64,000 bases of DNA from an uncultured Gammaproteobacteria bacterium (GTDB lineage: Bacteria; Patescibacteriota; Patescibacteriia; UBA2196; GWA2-42-15), in assembly GCA_964573135.1 (NCBI GenBank), contig CAZNIO010000003.1:10881-74880 (forward strand), given 5' to 3'. The translations under genes were made by a program, and so were the position numbers. Positions 47,989-55,795 of the stretch are shown piece by piece. Position 1 is the stretch's first letter. Every line of letters starts with the position of its first letter. A model generated the notes under the pieces. It did no database searches, was not told the origin of the DNA, and saw only the letters and a program-made list of their open reading frames with translations.

Positions 47989-48059
47989 CAGGAATCACAA
48001 AATACCATCTCCTAACATCAGCCACTATTTGTTTTAAATTCTTTAAACAATAGTCTACC
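47989..48059 (+). repeat. Repeat B copy 3
   Basis: caggaatcacaaaataccatctcctaacatcagccactatttgttttaaattctttaaacaatagtctacc. Confidence 0.75.
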
Positions 48060-48249
48060 GAAGAAGACTTCTCCTCGCGAGTGGTCTTTTTTGATTTGTA
48101 GATTAGAAAAAAATAGAGTTTCTCAGTTTTTACGTGATTTATAGATTGAAATAAGGATTTGGTTTATTTCAATAAATGGCATATTATTACAACATAAATA
48201 ACGACATTGTAAAGATATAAATTATCAAGAAAAAACTATAAAATCTTTA

Positions 48250-48633
48250 GTGACAGCGATAAGTTATGTTGTTTCACTTATGGCTTTAGGTTTTATTTCA
48301 TTTCTTGTTTCCATCGGCTTATCTTGGAGTCGTTGTGATTTGAAATGCGAGGTATCTCACTTTTTATCTAGTGAGCTACTGGCTATATTTTTTTGGCCGG
48401 TGATGCTCATAGGCGACATTGATAACCTTGTTTTCGTATTGATTTTTTGTGCTCTTTTTAATATTCTTTTTGTTTATTTTATTTTGCGTTTAATTATAGC
48501 GAAGACGCGGTTGTCAAATAAACAAATTATTTTAATAATTATTATCGGTTCTTTGGTAATTGCTCCTATTTTACCGATTATTGGATTTAACAGTGAATTC
48601 TATCGCCAGTTTGTAATGGACTTCTGGTCTTAA
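48250..48633 (+). CDS. Small integral membrane protein (127 aa, GTG start)
   Basis: Four hydrophobic segments. No family assignable. Confidence 0.45.
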   Translation: MTAISYVVSLMALGFISFLVSIGLSWSRCDLKCEVSHFLSSELLAIFFWPVMLIGDIDNLVFVLIFCALFNILFVYFILRLIIAKTRLSNKQIILIIIIGSLVIAPILPIIGFNSEFYRQFVMDFWS

Positions 48634-48940
48634 AAGTCTTTTTTGATTTCGATTCAGTTGTGATTATTTTTTTACACACTATATCTAATTTTTAAATTGA
48701 CCTTATTTTTTATAATTGTCTGAAAAACTTCAATACCTCCTCCACCAAAGTTTTTCAAAGGAATAAGGCATATAAGCATCAGAGATTTTTTAAAAAGTAC
48801 TTCTTTTTAATATTGAGCAACCAAAACCCAATATCTGAAGCCATTTATGCAAGCCTATTGGCCTAACCCTATACACAACCTGCTTAGTCCTGCCAAGACC
48901 CTTGCAAAATACTATATTTATGCTAATGTTTAATCAATAG

Positions 48941-49008
48941 AAACAGTTTGTGATTCTGGTATTATAAAATACCGTTTTTTAATATCAGCGATTATTTGTT
49001 GCAAATTC
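48941..49008 (+). repeat. Partial/rearranged Repeat B-like segment immediately upstream of tRNA-Val
   Basis: …gattatttgttgcaaattctttaaataatgg matches the 3' half of Repeat B. Upstream tttgtgattctggtatt is the inverted form of the Repeat B 5' segment gaatcacaaa…atacc. Confidence 0.5.
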
Positions 49009-49009
49009 T

Positions 49010-49086
49010 TTAAATAATGGGGCACTTAGCTCAGTTGGCTAGAGCATCTCGTTTACACCGAGAGGGTCGGGGGTTCGAGTCCCTCA
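49010..49086 (+). tRNA. tRNA-Val (anticodon TAC), CCA encoded
   Basis: Acceptor GGGCACT/AGTGCCC, anticodon arm TCTCG-TTTACAC-CGAGA, T-arm GGGGG-TTCGAGT-CCCTC. Confidence 0.9.
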
Positions 49087-49117
49087 GTGCCCACCAGAAA
49101 AACTAACCCATGCTTAT

Positions 49118-49369
49118 ATGAAATATTTTTTTAGTTTTTTAGCTATTGTAGCTGGATTCTTTTTAGTTAAATATTCCAATAACATTGTGAATAGCTTTGG
49201 GCGTAGTGCCTGGGCTGAACATTATCTTGGATCCTACGGAGGTACCAGAGCATTAATTAAAATGATCGGCATTCTTTTTATAATAGGTGCATTGTTGGTT
49301 GTTAGTGGATTAATGAATACAATTCTTTACTCAATCTTTTCACCGACCATAAGTAGTATGTCATATTAG
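49118..49369 (+). CDS. Small membrane protein (83 aa) between tRNA-Val and tRNA-Ala
   Basis: Two hydrophobic helices. Position only. Confidence 0.4.
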   Translation: MKYFFSFLAIVAGFFLVKYSNNIVNSFGRSAWAEHYLGSYGGTRALIKMIGILFIIGALLVVSGLMNTILYSIFSPTISSMSY

Positions 49370-49378
49370 TATAAATAA

Positions 49379-49451
49379 GGGCCGCTAGCTCAGTTGGTAG
49401 AGCACCTGCTTTGCAAGCAGGGGGTCAGGAGTTCGAGTCTCCTGCGGTCCA
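49379..49451 (+). tRNA. tRNA-Ala (anticodon TGC), CCA not encoded
   Basis: Acceptor GGGCCGC/GCGGTCC with the G3:U70 Ala identity pair. Anticodon arm CCTGC-TTTGCAA-GCAGG. Confidence 0.9.
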
Positions 49452-49461
49452 AAAAAGACAT

Positions 49462-49881
49462 ATGATAAATAAGTATCAAAAATTCCACGTAGGCATAAAT
49501 GTAATTGTAGTCAAAAATAATCAATTGCTTTTGGGCAAAAGGAAAAATGTTTATGGAGCTGGAACTTGGGGTATGTCAGGTGGCCACTTAGAAGACATGG
49601 AAGGAATGAAAGATGCGGCAGCTCGTGAACTATTTGAAGAAACCGGTATAAAGGCCGAGGAATATATTTTTTCTGATATAGTCAATGATCGACGCGATAA
49701 TCATTATTTACAAATAGGTTTTGTGGCAAAAAATCATAAGGGTGAACCTCAGGTGAGAGAGCCTGATAGATGCGAGGAGCGGAAATGGTTTGATTTAGAT
49801 GATTTGCCAGAGAACATATTTCCGGGACACGTTGAGAATATAAGATTATATTTGGAGAATTCAAATTTTGGTGATAATTAG
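49462..49881 (+). CDS. NUDIX hydrolase
   Basis: Nudix box GGHLEDMEGMKDAAARELFEETG. Start moved to MINKYQ… because the track ORF start (49411) lies inside tRNA-Ala. Confidence 0.8.
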   Translation: MINKYQKFHVGINVIVVKNNQLLLGKRKNVYGAGTWGMSGGHLEDMEGMKDAAARELFEETGIKAEEYIFSDIVNDRRDNHYLQIGFVAKNHKGEPQVREPDRCEERKWFDLDDLPENIFPGHVENIRLYLENSNFGDN

Positions 49882-50674
49882 TTATATGAAACAAGATCCT
49901 CAATTTAAAAAGGTAGCAGTTGAATCAGCCAAACAAGCTGGTAAGGTTATATTAAAACATTTTGACAAGATAGCCAGGAAAAATTTAATGGTAAAGAATA
50001 AGTATGAGATTGTAACCCCGGCTGATTTAGCAGCAGAGAAGATAATTCTTAAGAATATTAAAAAGAATTTTCCAAGTCATAGAATTTTATCCGAAGAGGA
50101 AGGTAAAACTGGGGCTGAAAAATCAGAATACTTATGGGTGATAGACCCCTTAGATGGGACAACTAATTTTTCGATGGGTAATCCCCTATTCAATGTATCA
50201 ATTGCATTATTTAAAAATGATAAACCAATACTCGGGATAATTTACGTACCATTTTTAAATAACTTATATCTAGCGCAAAAAGGCAAAGGAGCTACTTTAA
50301 ATGGAAAGAAAATAAGAGTATCAACGGTAGGTAAAATAAAAGATGCATTTTTGACTTTTTGCCATGGGTATAATGAGAAGAGTGTTAAGAAAGCGATTAA
50401 GATATATAGTAAGTTAAAGTTTGAGGCAAGGGATCTAAGACAAATCGGAGCAGCGGCCATTGAATGTGCCTGGGTGGCACAAGGTAAAACTGAAGCAATT
50501 ATGATACCCGGAGTAAATGTGTGGGATGTGGCAGCCGGAGCTCTACTCATACGGGAAGCGGGTGGCATAGTAAGTGATATGATGGGACATGAATGGGATA
50601 TACATTCAGAAGGTATTATTGCAAGTAATAAGGTGATAAATGATCAGCTTATACGAAGAGTGAAGAATATATGA
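49868..50674 (+). CDS. suhB: Inositol monophosphatase family protein
   Basis: …WVIDPLDGTTNF… and …WDVAAGALLIREAGG… motifs. Confidence 0.8.
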   Translation: MVIISYMKQDPQFKKVAVESAKQAGKVILKHFDKIARKNLMVKNKYEIVTPADLAAEKIILKNIKKNFPSHRILSEEEGKTGAEKSEYLWVIDPLDGTTNFSMGNPLFNVSIALFKNDKPILGIIYVPFLNNLYLAQKGKGATLNGKKIRVSTVGKIKDAFLTFCHGYNEKSVKKAIKIYSKLKFEARDLRQIGAAAIECAWVAQGKTEAIMIPGVNVWDVAAGALLIREAGGIVSDMMGHEWDIHSEGIIASNKVINDQLIRRVKNI

Positions 50675-50892
50675 AGATTAAAGTGAAAGTAAATACTAAG
50701 GCCAAAGAGAACAAGGTAGAAAGAATAAGCAATGATGAATATGAGATAAATACCACTCAAATTCCAGAGAAAGGCAAGGCAAATGAAAAAATTCTAAAGA
50801 TGATGGCCAAAGAATTAAAAAAAGCGAAGAGTAACTTAAGAATTATTCAGGGAGGAAAAAGTAGATACAAAGTAATAGAGATTGACAATTAG
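50671..50892 (+). CDS. DUF167 (YggU/UPF0235) family protein
   Basis: 73 aa with …KGKANEKILKMMAKELK…IIQGGKSRYKVIEI… pattern. 4-nt overlap with the upstream gene. Confidence 0.6.
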   Translation: MKIKVKVNTKAKENKVERISNDEYEINTTQIPEKGKANEKILKMMAKELKKAKSNLRIIQGGKSRYKVIEIDN

Positions 50893-50922
50893 CTTTTTAA
50901 GATTTACTATATTAAATATCAT

Positions 50923-50997
50923 GCGGGTGTCGTATAATGGTTATTATATTGGGTTGCCAATCCAAAGATGGCGGTTCGATTCCGCTCACCCGCTCCA
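50923..50997 (+). tRNA. tRNA-Gly (anticodon GCC), CCA encoded
   Basis: Acceptor GCGGGTG/CACCCGC, anticodon arm TTGGG-TTGCCAA-TCCAA, T-arm GGCGG-TTCGATT-CCGCT. Track ORF 50919..51113(-) is spurious. Confidence 0.85.
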
Positions 50998-51395
50998 ACT
51001 AAAAGCTTCTTTAATAGCTCTAATATTAGGGGAGTTTTTAGTTGGAATTTAAGTGGCTGGTAATGGGAATCAAACTTTTGCCTTATTTTATAAACCGCGC
51101 AATTTGACATCAAAATAAAGTCTTCTGGTTATATTTATTAAAATTAAGCTAATATTAGCTAAATTATTACTTTATGCTAACCGCGCAATTTGACATATAA
51201 CTTTTGATCTAAAAAAAGCATACCCTAATTACTTTTTAGATACAAAGGAATTCATTGCTTATCTTAACAAAATTGTAGACAAAAAATAATAAATTTTACA
51301 AAATAAGCTAAGCTTCTCCCTGCATAACAAACTCTGGAGAACAAATCCCCCCATCGAATTGTACTGTCACAGTTCTAACATCATTGACTAAAGAG

Positions 51396-51440
51396 CTCCA
51401 TCCAAAAAACTCTAGAAATTCTAGAGTTTTTTGGATGAAT
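51396..51440. repeat. Palindromic element copy 1 (AAAAAACTCTAGAA-A-TTCTAGAGTTTTTT with CCATCC/GGATG extension); doubles as a bidirectional terminator
   Basis: Near-perfect palindrome of about 40 bp. A second copy at 53141 has the centre base flipped (A vs T). Confidence 0.75.
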
Positions 51441-51480
51441 TGACATTGCCATACCCAATAAAAAATGGTATAATTACAAT

Positions 51481-51705
51481 ATGAAACAAGCTAAAAAATA
51501 TATAAAGTCATCATCTTTCTGGGATTATAAGATTGAGAAAAGGGCACTTAAAAATGAAAAAGTGAAAAAGTTTTGGTTGGCTAGAAAAATCAATATGGCG
51601 GACTGGCAAGGGATCAAGAAAAAAGACCTAGAAAAATATTTACCCGAACTTGATATCAGGCCGGAAATGAAAAATTTGTTAACTTTATTTTTGGAACATG
51701 CTTAA
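51481..51705 (+). CDS. Small hypothetical protein (74 aa), candidate AbiEi-like/antitoxin partner
   Basis: 8-nt overlap with the downstream AbiEii-like gene. Basic/charged. No clear motif. Confidence 0.4.
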   Translation: MKQAKKYIKSSSFWDYKIEKRALKNEKVKKFWLARKINMADWQGIKKKDLEKYLPELDIRPEMKNLLTLFLEHA

Positions 51706-52375
51706 GAATATTTTAAATCCAACACAGATAAAAGCATTAACTGCTATTGGCCAAAGCGAACTGGCTAAAATTTATTATTGGACTGGTGGTACTGCTTTGG
51801 CGTATAAATACTTAAACAATAGATTATCAGTTGACCTGGATTTTTTTAGTTATGATTTAATAGCAGATGAAGAGCTGTTGGCTTTGGTAAATAATATCAA
51901 AAAGCAATTAGGGGTTAAAAGAATTAAATTTTATAAGAATTTAAATCGTCAACAATTTATCCTTGATTTTGGCAATAAAATCAGCTTGCAACTTGAGTTT
52001 GTATATTTCCCCTTTGATAATATATCAAAACCAAAATCAGACCAGGATTTTAAGATTAAAGTTGATTCATTAGTTGATATGGCGACTAATAAAACGCTAG
52101 CTACTTATCAGAGAAATGAACCTAAAGATATTTTTGATTTATATTCCCTTTTAGAAACTAAAAAATTTAAATTGCCTGGGTTAATAAAAAATGTTAATAA
52201 AAAATTTGAAATAGAAATTGATGAAGCAGATTTGGAAGCAAAAATTTTAAGTAATATTGATTTATTGGAGAATATAAGGCCATTGATATTGAATAAGAGG
52301 AATTTCAAAATTGGCAAGATAGAAGCTTTTTTTACCAAGAAATCTGTTAACTATTTAAAGACGGTTATTTTTTGA
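51698..52375 (+). CDS. Nucleotidyltransferase of the AbiEii/AbiGii (DUF1814) toxin family
   Basis: …YYWTGGTALAYKYLNNRLSVDLDFFS… matches the hGGTAL…R.S.DLDF signature of type IV TA / abortive-infection NTases. Confidence 0.6.
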   Translation: MLKNILNPTQIKALTAIGQSELAKIYYWTGGTALAYKYLNNRLSVDLDFFSYDLIADEELLALVNNIKKQLGVKRIKFYKNLNRQQFILDFGNKISLQLEFVYFPFDNISKPKSDQDFKIKVDSLVDMATNKTLATYQRNEPKDIFDLYSLLETKKFKLPGLIKNVNKKFEIEIDEADLEAKILSNIDLLENIRPLILNKRNFKIGKIEAFFTKKSVNYLKTVIF

Positions 52376-52439
52376 TACCAAACCCTGTGTTGAGAACTAA
52401 AAATTGAGATGGTAATATTAAAAGCAAAAGTGATATACA

Positions 52440-53069
52440 ATGAATAAAATTCAACAAGCCAATCAAGAGTCTAGACATGGTAATAATTTGAATGATAAGA
52501 ATTTTAAGAGTGTGGCAGGACTCTATGAGAAGAGTTTAAAGTTTCCAGCCCAAAAATACCAAAAGCAGCTAATTATTTGCCCGATCGGACTTGTTAGTTC
52601 AGGAAAAACCACAGTCGTCAAGATTTTGTGTAAAAAGTTACCACTTTTGCGCGTTTCAACTGATGAGATTAGATTACTATTAAAAGAAAAAGAGTACAAT
52701 TTTACTAGGACACGTGAATTGGCTTGGCATATAATTAATAAATATTTAAAGCAGGGGTTCAGTATTGCCATTGATGCAGATTGTATTTCCGAAGAGGCAC
52801 GCAAATATATAAAAGATTTGGAAAAACAAACTAAAACCAAAGTTTTTTGGATTCATATTAACCCACCCCGGAGTTTTATTTTAAATAATTTAAGTAAACC
52901 TAAAAAAATATTCAAAAATACTGAACATGCATTGCGGGTTTATAAAATGCACAAAGTATTACATAATAAGATAAATTTTCCTTTTATATATATTTTTGAT
53001 ACGGCCAAAAATAATGTGATAGAACAAACCAAGGAGTGCGTGTTACTAATTAAGAAGGAATTAAGTTAA
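52440..53069 (+). CDS. P-loop NTPase/kinase (AAA_33/zeta-toxin-like fold)
   Basis: Walker A CPIGLVSSGKTTVVKIL. 209 aa. No further family resolution. Confidence 0.55.
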   Translation: MNKIQQANQESRHGNNLNDKNFKSVAGLYEKSLKFPAQKYQKQLIICPIGLVSSGKTTVVKILCKKLPLLRVSTDEIRLLLKEKEYNFTRTRELAWHIINKYLKQGFSIAIDADCISEEARKYIKDLEKQTKTKVFWIHINPPRSFILNNLSKPKKIFKNTEHALRVYKMHKVLHNKINFPFIYIFDTAKNNVIEQTKECVLLIKKELS

Positions 53070-53140
53070 CCAATTCATATGATTGAATTGTGGGATATAA
53101 GAATTGTGCCCTAAGCGGAGTAATATTAGTTCTAGCGACC

Positions 53141-53180
53141 TCCGCCAAAAAACTCTAGAATTTCTAGAGTTTTTTGAATA
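53141..53180. repeat. Palindromic element copy 2 (AAAAAACTCTAGAA-T-TTCTAGAGTTTTTT)
   Basis: Same 30-bp core as 51396..51440 with the complementary centre base, consistent with inverted orientation. Between convergent genes. Confidence 0.75.
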
Positions 53181-53209
53181 GGCGAATAAAATCATTATAA
53201 CCTCATTTT

Positions 53210-53425
53210 CTATTTTTTAGATTTTCTCATTTTTGTCCTCTGAACATCAGATAAAGACGTAAGCCAGAAAACAAAAGGTCGACGAATTTTCTCAATTGAA
53301 TAGTCCCCGCTTATAAAGAGCGCGGGCTTTTTAATTTCAAAAAAAAGAAGCATCCCAAGAGTAGCTCTCATATTTAAAGGAGAGAGATTATTGTGTTCAA
53401 TTAAAAATTGTCCTCTGGTAGTCAT
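53210..53425 (-). CDS. Small hypothetical protein (71 aa)
   Basis: ORF only. Weak. Confidence 0.25.
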   Translation of the reverse strand: MTTRGQFLIEHNNLSPLNMRATLGMLLFFEIKKPALFISGDYSIEKIRRPFVFWLTSLSDVQRTKMRKSKK

Positions 53426-53599
53426 ATTTTCATAAAAAAAGCAACTCGAATAGCTTCTAGTTGCAGATAATACTTACATATTGATTTTCCTCGGGGAAAC
53501 AGAATATTGCAACCGTTGTTCCCTGTCTTAATAATACACTGGATAGCTTGAAAAGTCAATATTATGTATTTAATGTGATATAATAAGAGTATAAACTTT

Positions 53600-55792
53600 A
53601 TGCGTCACAAATTAATTTTTTCCATAAAATATACATTACTTATCCTGACATCTTGTCTGTTCTTTTTTTATATCTACCATAAGGGGTTGGGATTAGATTT
53701 TTCTATAAAGACCATGATCTTTATAGCCCTATTCCTTGTTGATCTGATTATATTAATGCATTTGCTAAAATCTCGTGTATTGGGCGCTATATTTTTATCC
53801 CTGTCTTTAATTGTCTTCACCTTTTATTCTTTAGTAAATTTCGCTTATTATGAAGTTTTTAATTCTTTCTTGAGAATAAGGCAAGAACAAGTGGCTCAGG
53901 TAAATAAACCGCTAATTGAGCTTTTGGGTAATTACTACATCCTTATCCCAACCTACCTATATGGTCTGGCTTTAATTTTACTTCTTGGGATAATAGCGGG
54001 GACGGTGGTCTATTGTAAAAAGCATAAAAAAATAAGTGTAGAGTATGAAATTGCAAACTTAAGAAAATTATACAATAAGATAAACTTTGTAGGATTGAAA
54101 AGAAAAAATAGAATATCCTTGTCTTTCATATCTCTCCTAATTTTATTTATAATAATAAATTCAATGCTTTACTTCGGGATTTATAATTATAAAAAACAAG
54201 CAAGTGCAGAAGGGTTTACGCGTGTGCGATATTTTTCTGATTTAGGAGTGCCTGGATATTTAATTAGCGGATTAACTGGCAACATAGCTGGATCAGTAAA
54301 ATATAAAGAGAACACCCCCTTAGAAACACCTAGCAAGCCAGCTGATATAAAAAGCATAATTGATACCTTAAAAGAAAATATAACCGAATTGTCTTGGCTA
54401 TCTAACCTAGAGAAAACGCCAGGCATTGAACTGGAAAAAACTGTAAATCCCCCACATATAATTATTTATCAACTGGAGTCGGTTGGTTCTTGGGCCCTAG
54501 AACAACAACCAACCCCAATGCCCTATTTATCTGAGTTAATAAACGAAACTGCAAGTGTAGAACATTTTTTTGCTAATAGCTGTACAACTATTAATGCTGA
54601 ATTTACATCAATGTGCAGTTTTTATTCTGAAACATGGGGACCAGTGAGCGACCTCTTCTCTCAGAATGAATATTATTGCCTACCCCAATTACTTAGAGAA
54701 AAACACAACTACAAGACAGCACTGCATCACGCCAATTCAGCAAATTTTTGGAATCGTAATATATTAGGGCCTAAGTGGGGTTTTGAGGATATGTATTTTA
54801 GTCCACACTATGAAAACAGGGAAGATGATGGCTCTTTGCTGAAAAATACCGTTTCACAGTTAAAAAAATCAGAACGGCCAATGTTGCAGTATGTTATAGG
54901 GTTTAGCACTCATGGTCCTCATAACCAAGCATTTATGGATAATTATTTTAGTACTAATAAGTCTAGAATAAAACCATATGAGCTTGAGCTGAATGACAAC
55001 GCCAAAACAGCAACTCAAGATGAGGAAACCACCCGTATATATTTTGGATTTCTGCAAAAGGCAGATATGGCCATTAAAAACCTATTTAAAGATCTTGAAG
55101 AAAATAATCTACTTGATAAAACAATAGTTATAATCTATGGAGATCACCGCTATTACGACTTTAAGTCTGATGACAAAATCAATGATTTCTATAACTACAA
55201 TAAAGTCCCCTTTGCAATGCATATACCGCAAAAATACCGCGGTCAAGTAAAAAAAATCGCCAGTCATGTTGACATTGCTCCAACGTTATTGAATATAGTC
55301 GAAGGAGAGGGATATGAGATGCCGGAACATTTTGTGGGTAGTAGCCTATTTAGCAGTAGCCACCCCAATAGCGCGATTAATAAATGTTTGGGTGAATCCT
55401 ACTATGTCGACCAGAATATTATTATCAATAACGACATGCTTTTGGGGGTAGAAAGTCCAATAGCCTTTTTGAGAGAATATGCTAAGGATAAATTTGATAA
55501 GTATGCCAGTCTCTTCAGGCAAGTACTAAAAAAAAGTGATGAAATAATGGTGGAGAATATTTTATTGGGAGATTATAGAACAAAAAGCAATCGACTACAA
55601 ACAAGCGATGTTAAGAAAGAGATGAAAATTGATTTTGTACAAGAAACAGACAGTGATCAAGACGGATTGTCTGATTTAAGAGAGAAAGCTATAGGTACAA
55701 ATAGAAAAAATCCCGACACTGATGGGGACGGGATACTTGATGGCATAGAAGTGATTGAAGGTAGCGACCCTTTGTGGCCTGGCCGGTTATAA
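53600..55792 (+). CDS. LtaS-like sulfatase-family membrane protein (phosphoglycerol/lipoteichoic-acid-synthase-like) with C-terminal DxDxDG motifs
   Basis: Five or more N-terminal TM helices, then an alkaline-phosphatase-superfamily sulfatase domain. C-terminal DSDQDGLSDLRE…DTDGDGILDGIE. Confidence 0.7.
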   Translation: MRHKLIFSIKYTLLILTSCLFFFYIYHKGLGLDFSIKTMIFIALFLVDLIILMHLLKSRVLGAIFLSLSLIVFTFYSLVNFAYYEVFNSFLRIRQEQVAQVNKPLIELLGNYYILIPTYLYGLALILLLGIIAGTVVYCKKHKKISVEYEIANLRKLYNKINFVGLKRKNRISLSFISLLILFIIINSMLYFGIYNYKKQASAEGFTRVRYFSDLGVPGYLISGLTGNIAGSVKYKENTPLETPSKPADIKSIIDTLKENITELSWLSNLEKTPGIELEKTVNPPHIIIYQLESVGSWALEQQPTPMPYLSELINETASVEHFFANSCTTINAEFTSMCSFYSETWGPVSDLFSQNEYYCLPQLLREKHNYKTALHHANSANFWNRNILGPKWGFEDMYFSPHYENREDDGSLLKNTVSQLKKSERPMLQYVIGFSTHGPHNQAFMDNYFSTNKSRIKPYELELNDNAKTATQDEETTRIYFGFLQKADMAIKNLFKDLEENNLLDKTIVIIYGDHRYYDFKSDDKINDFYNYNKVPFAMHIPQKYRGQVKKIASHVDIAPTLLNIVEGEGYEMPEHFVGSSLFSSSHPNSAINKCLGESYYVDQNIIINNDMLLGVESPIAFLREYAKDKFDKYASLFRQVLKKSDEIMVENILLGDYRTKSNRLQTSDVKKEMKIDFVQETDSDQDGLSDLREKAIGTNRKNPDTDGDGILDGIEVIEGSDPLWPGRL

Positions 55793-55795
55793 GAA

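Noticed and set aside
45408-48059. Repeat B copies as integron attC sites
   Set aside because: No RYYYAAC/GTTRRRY core sites, no inverted-repeat R''-L''/L'-R' architecture, and no intI. The only internal symmetry is a short AU hairpin.
49411-49461. N-terminal 17 codons of track ORF 49411..49881
   Set aside because: This stretch overlaps tRNA-Ala (49379..49451). The NUDIX gene more plausibly starts at the internal Met 49462.
50919-51113. Minus-strand 64-aa ORF
   Set aside because: It overlaps tRNA-Gly on the opposite strand. Spurious.
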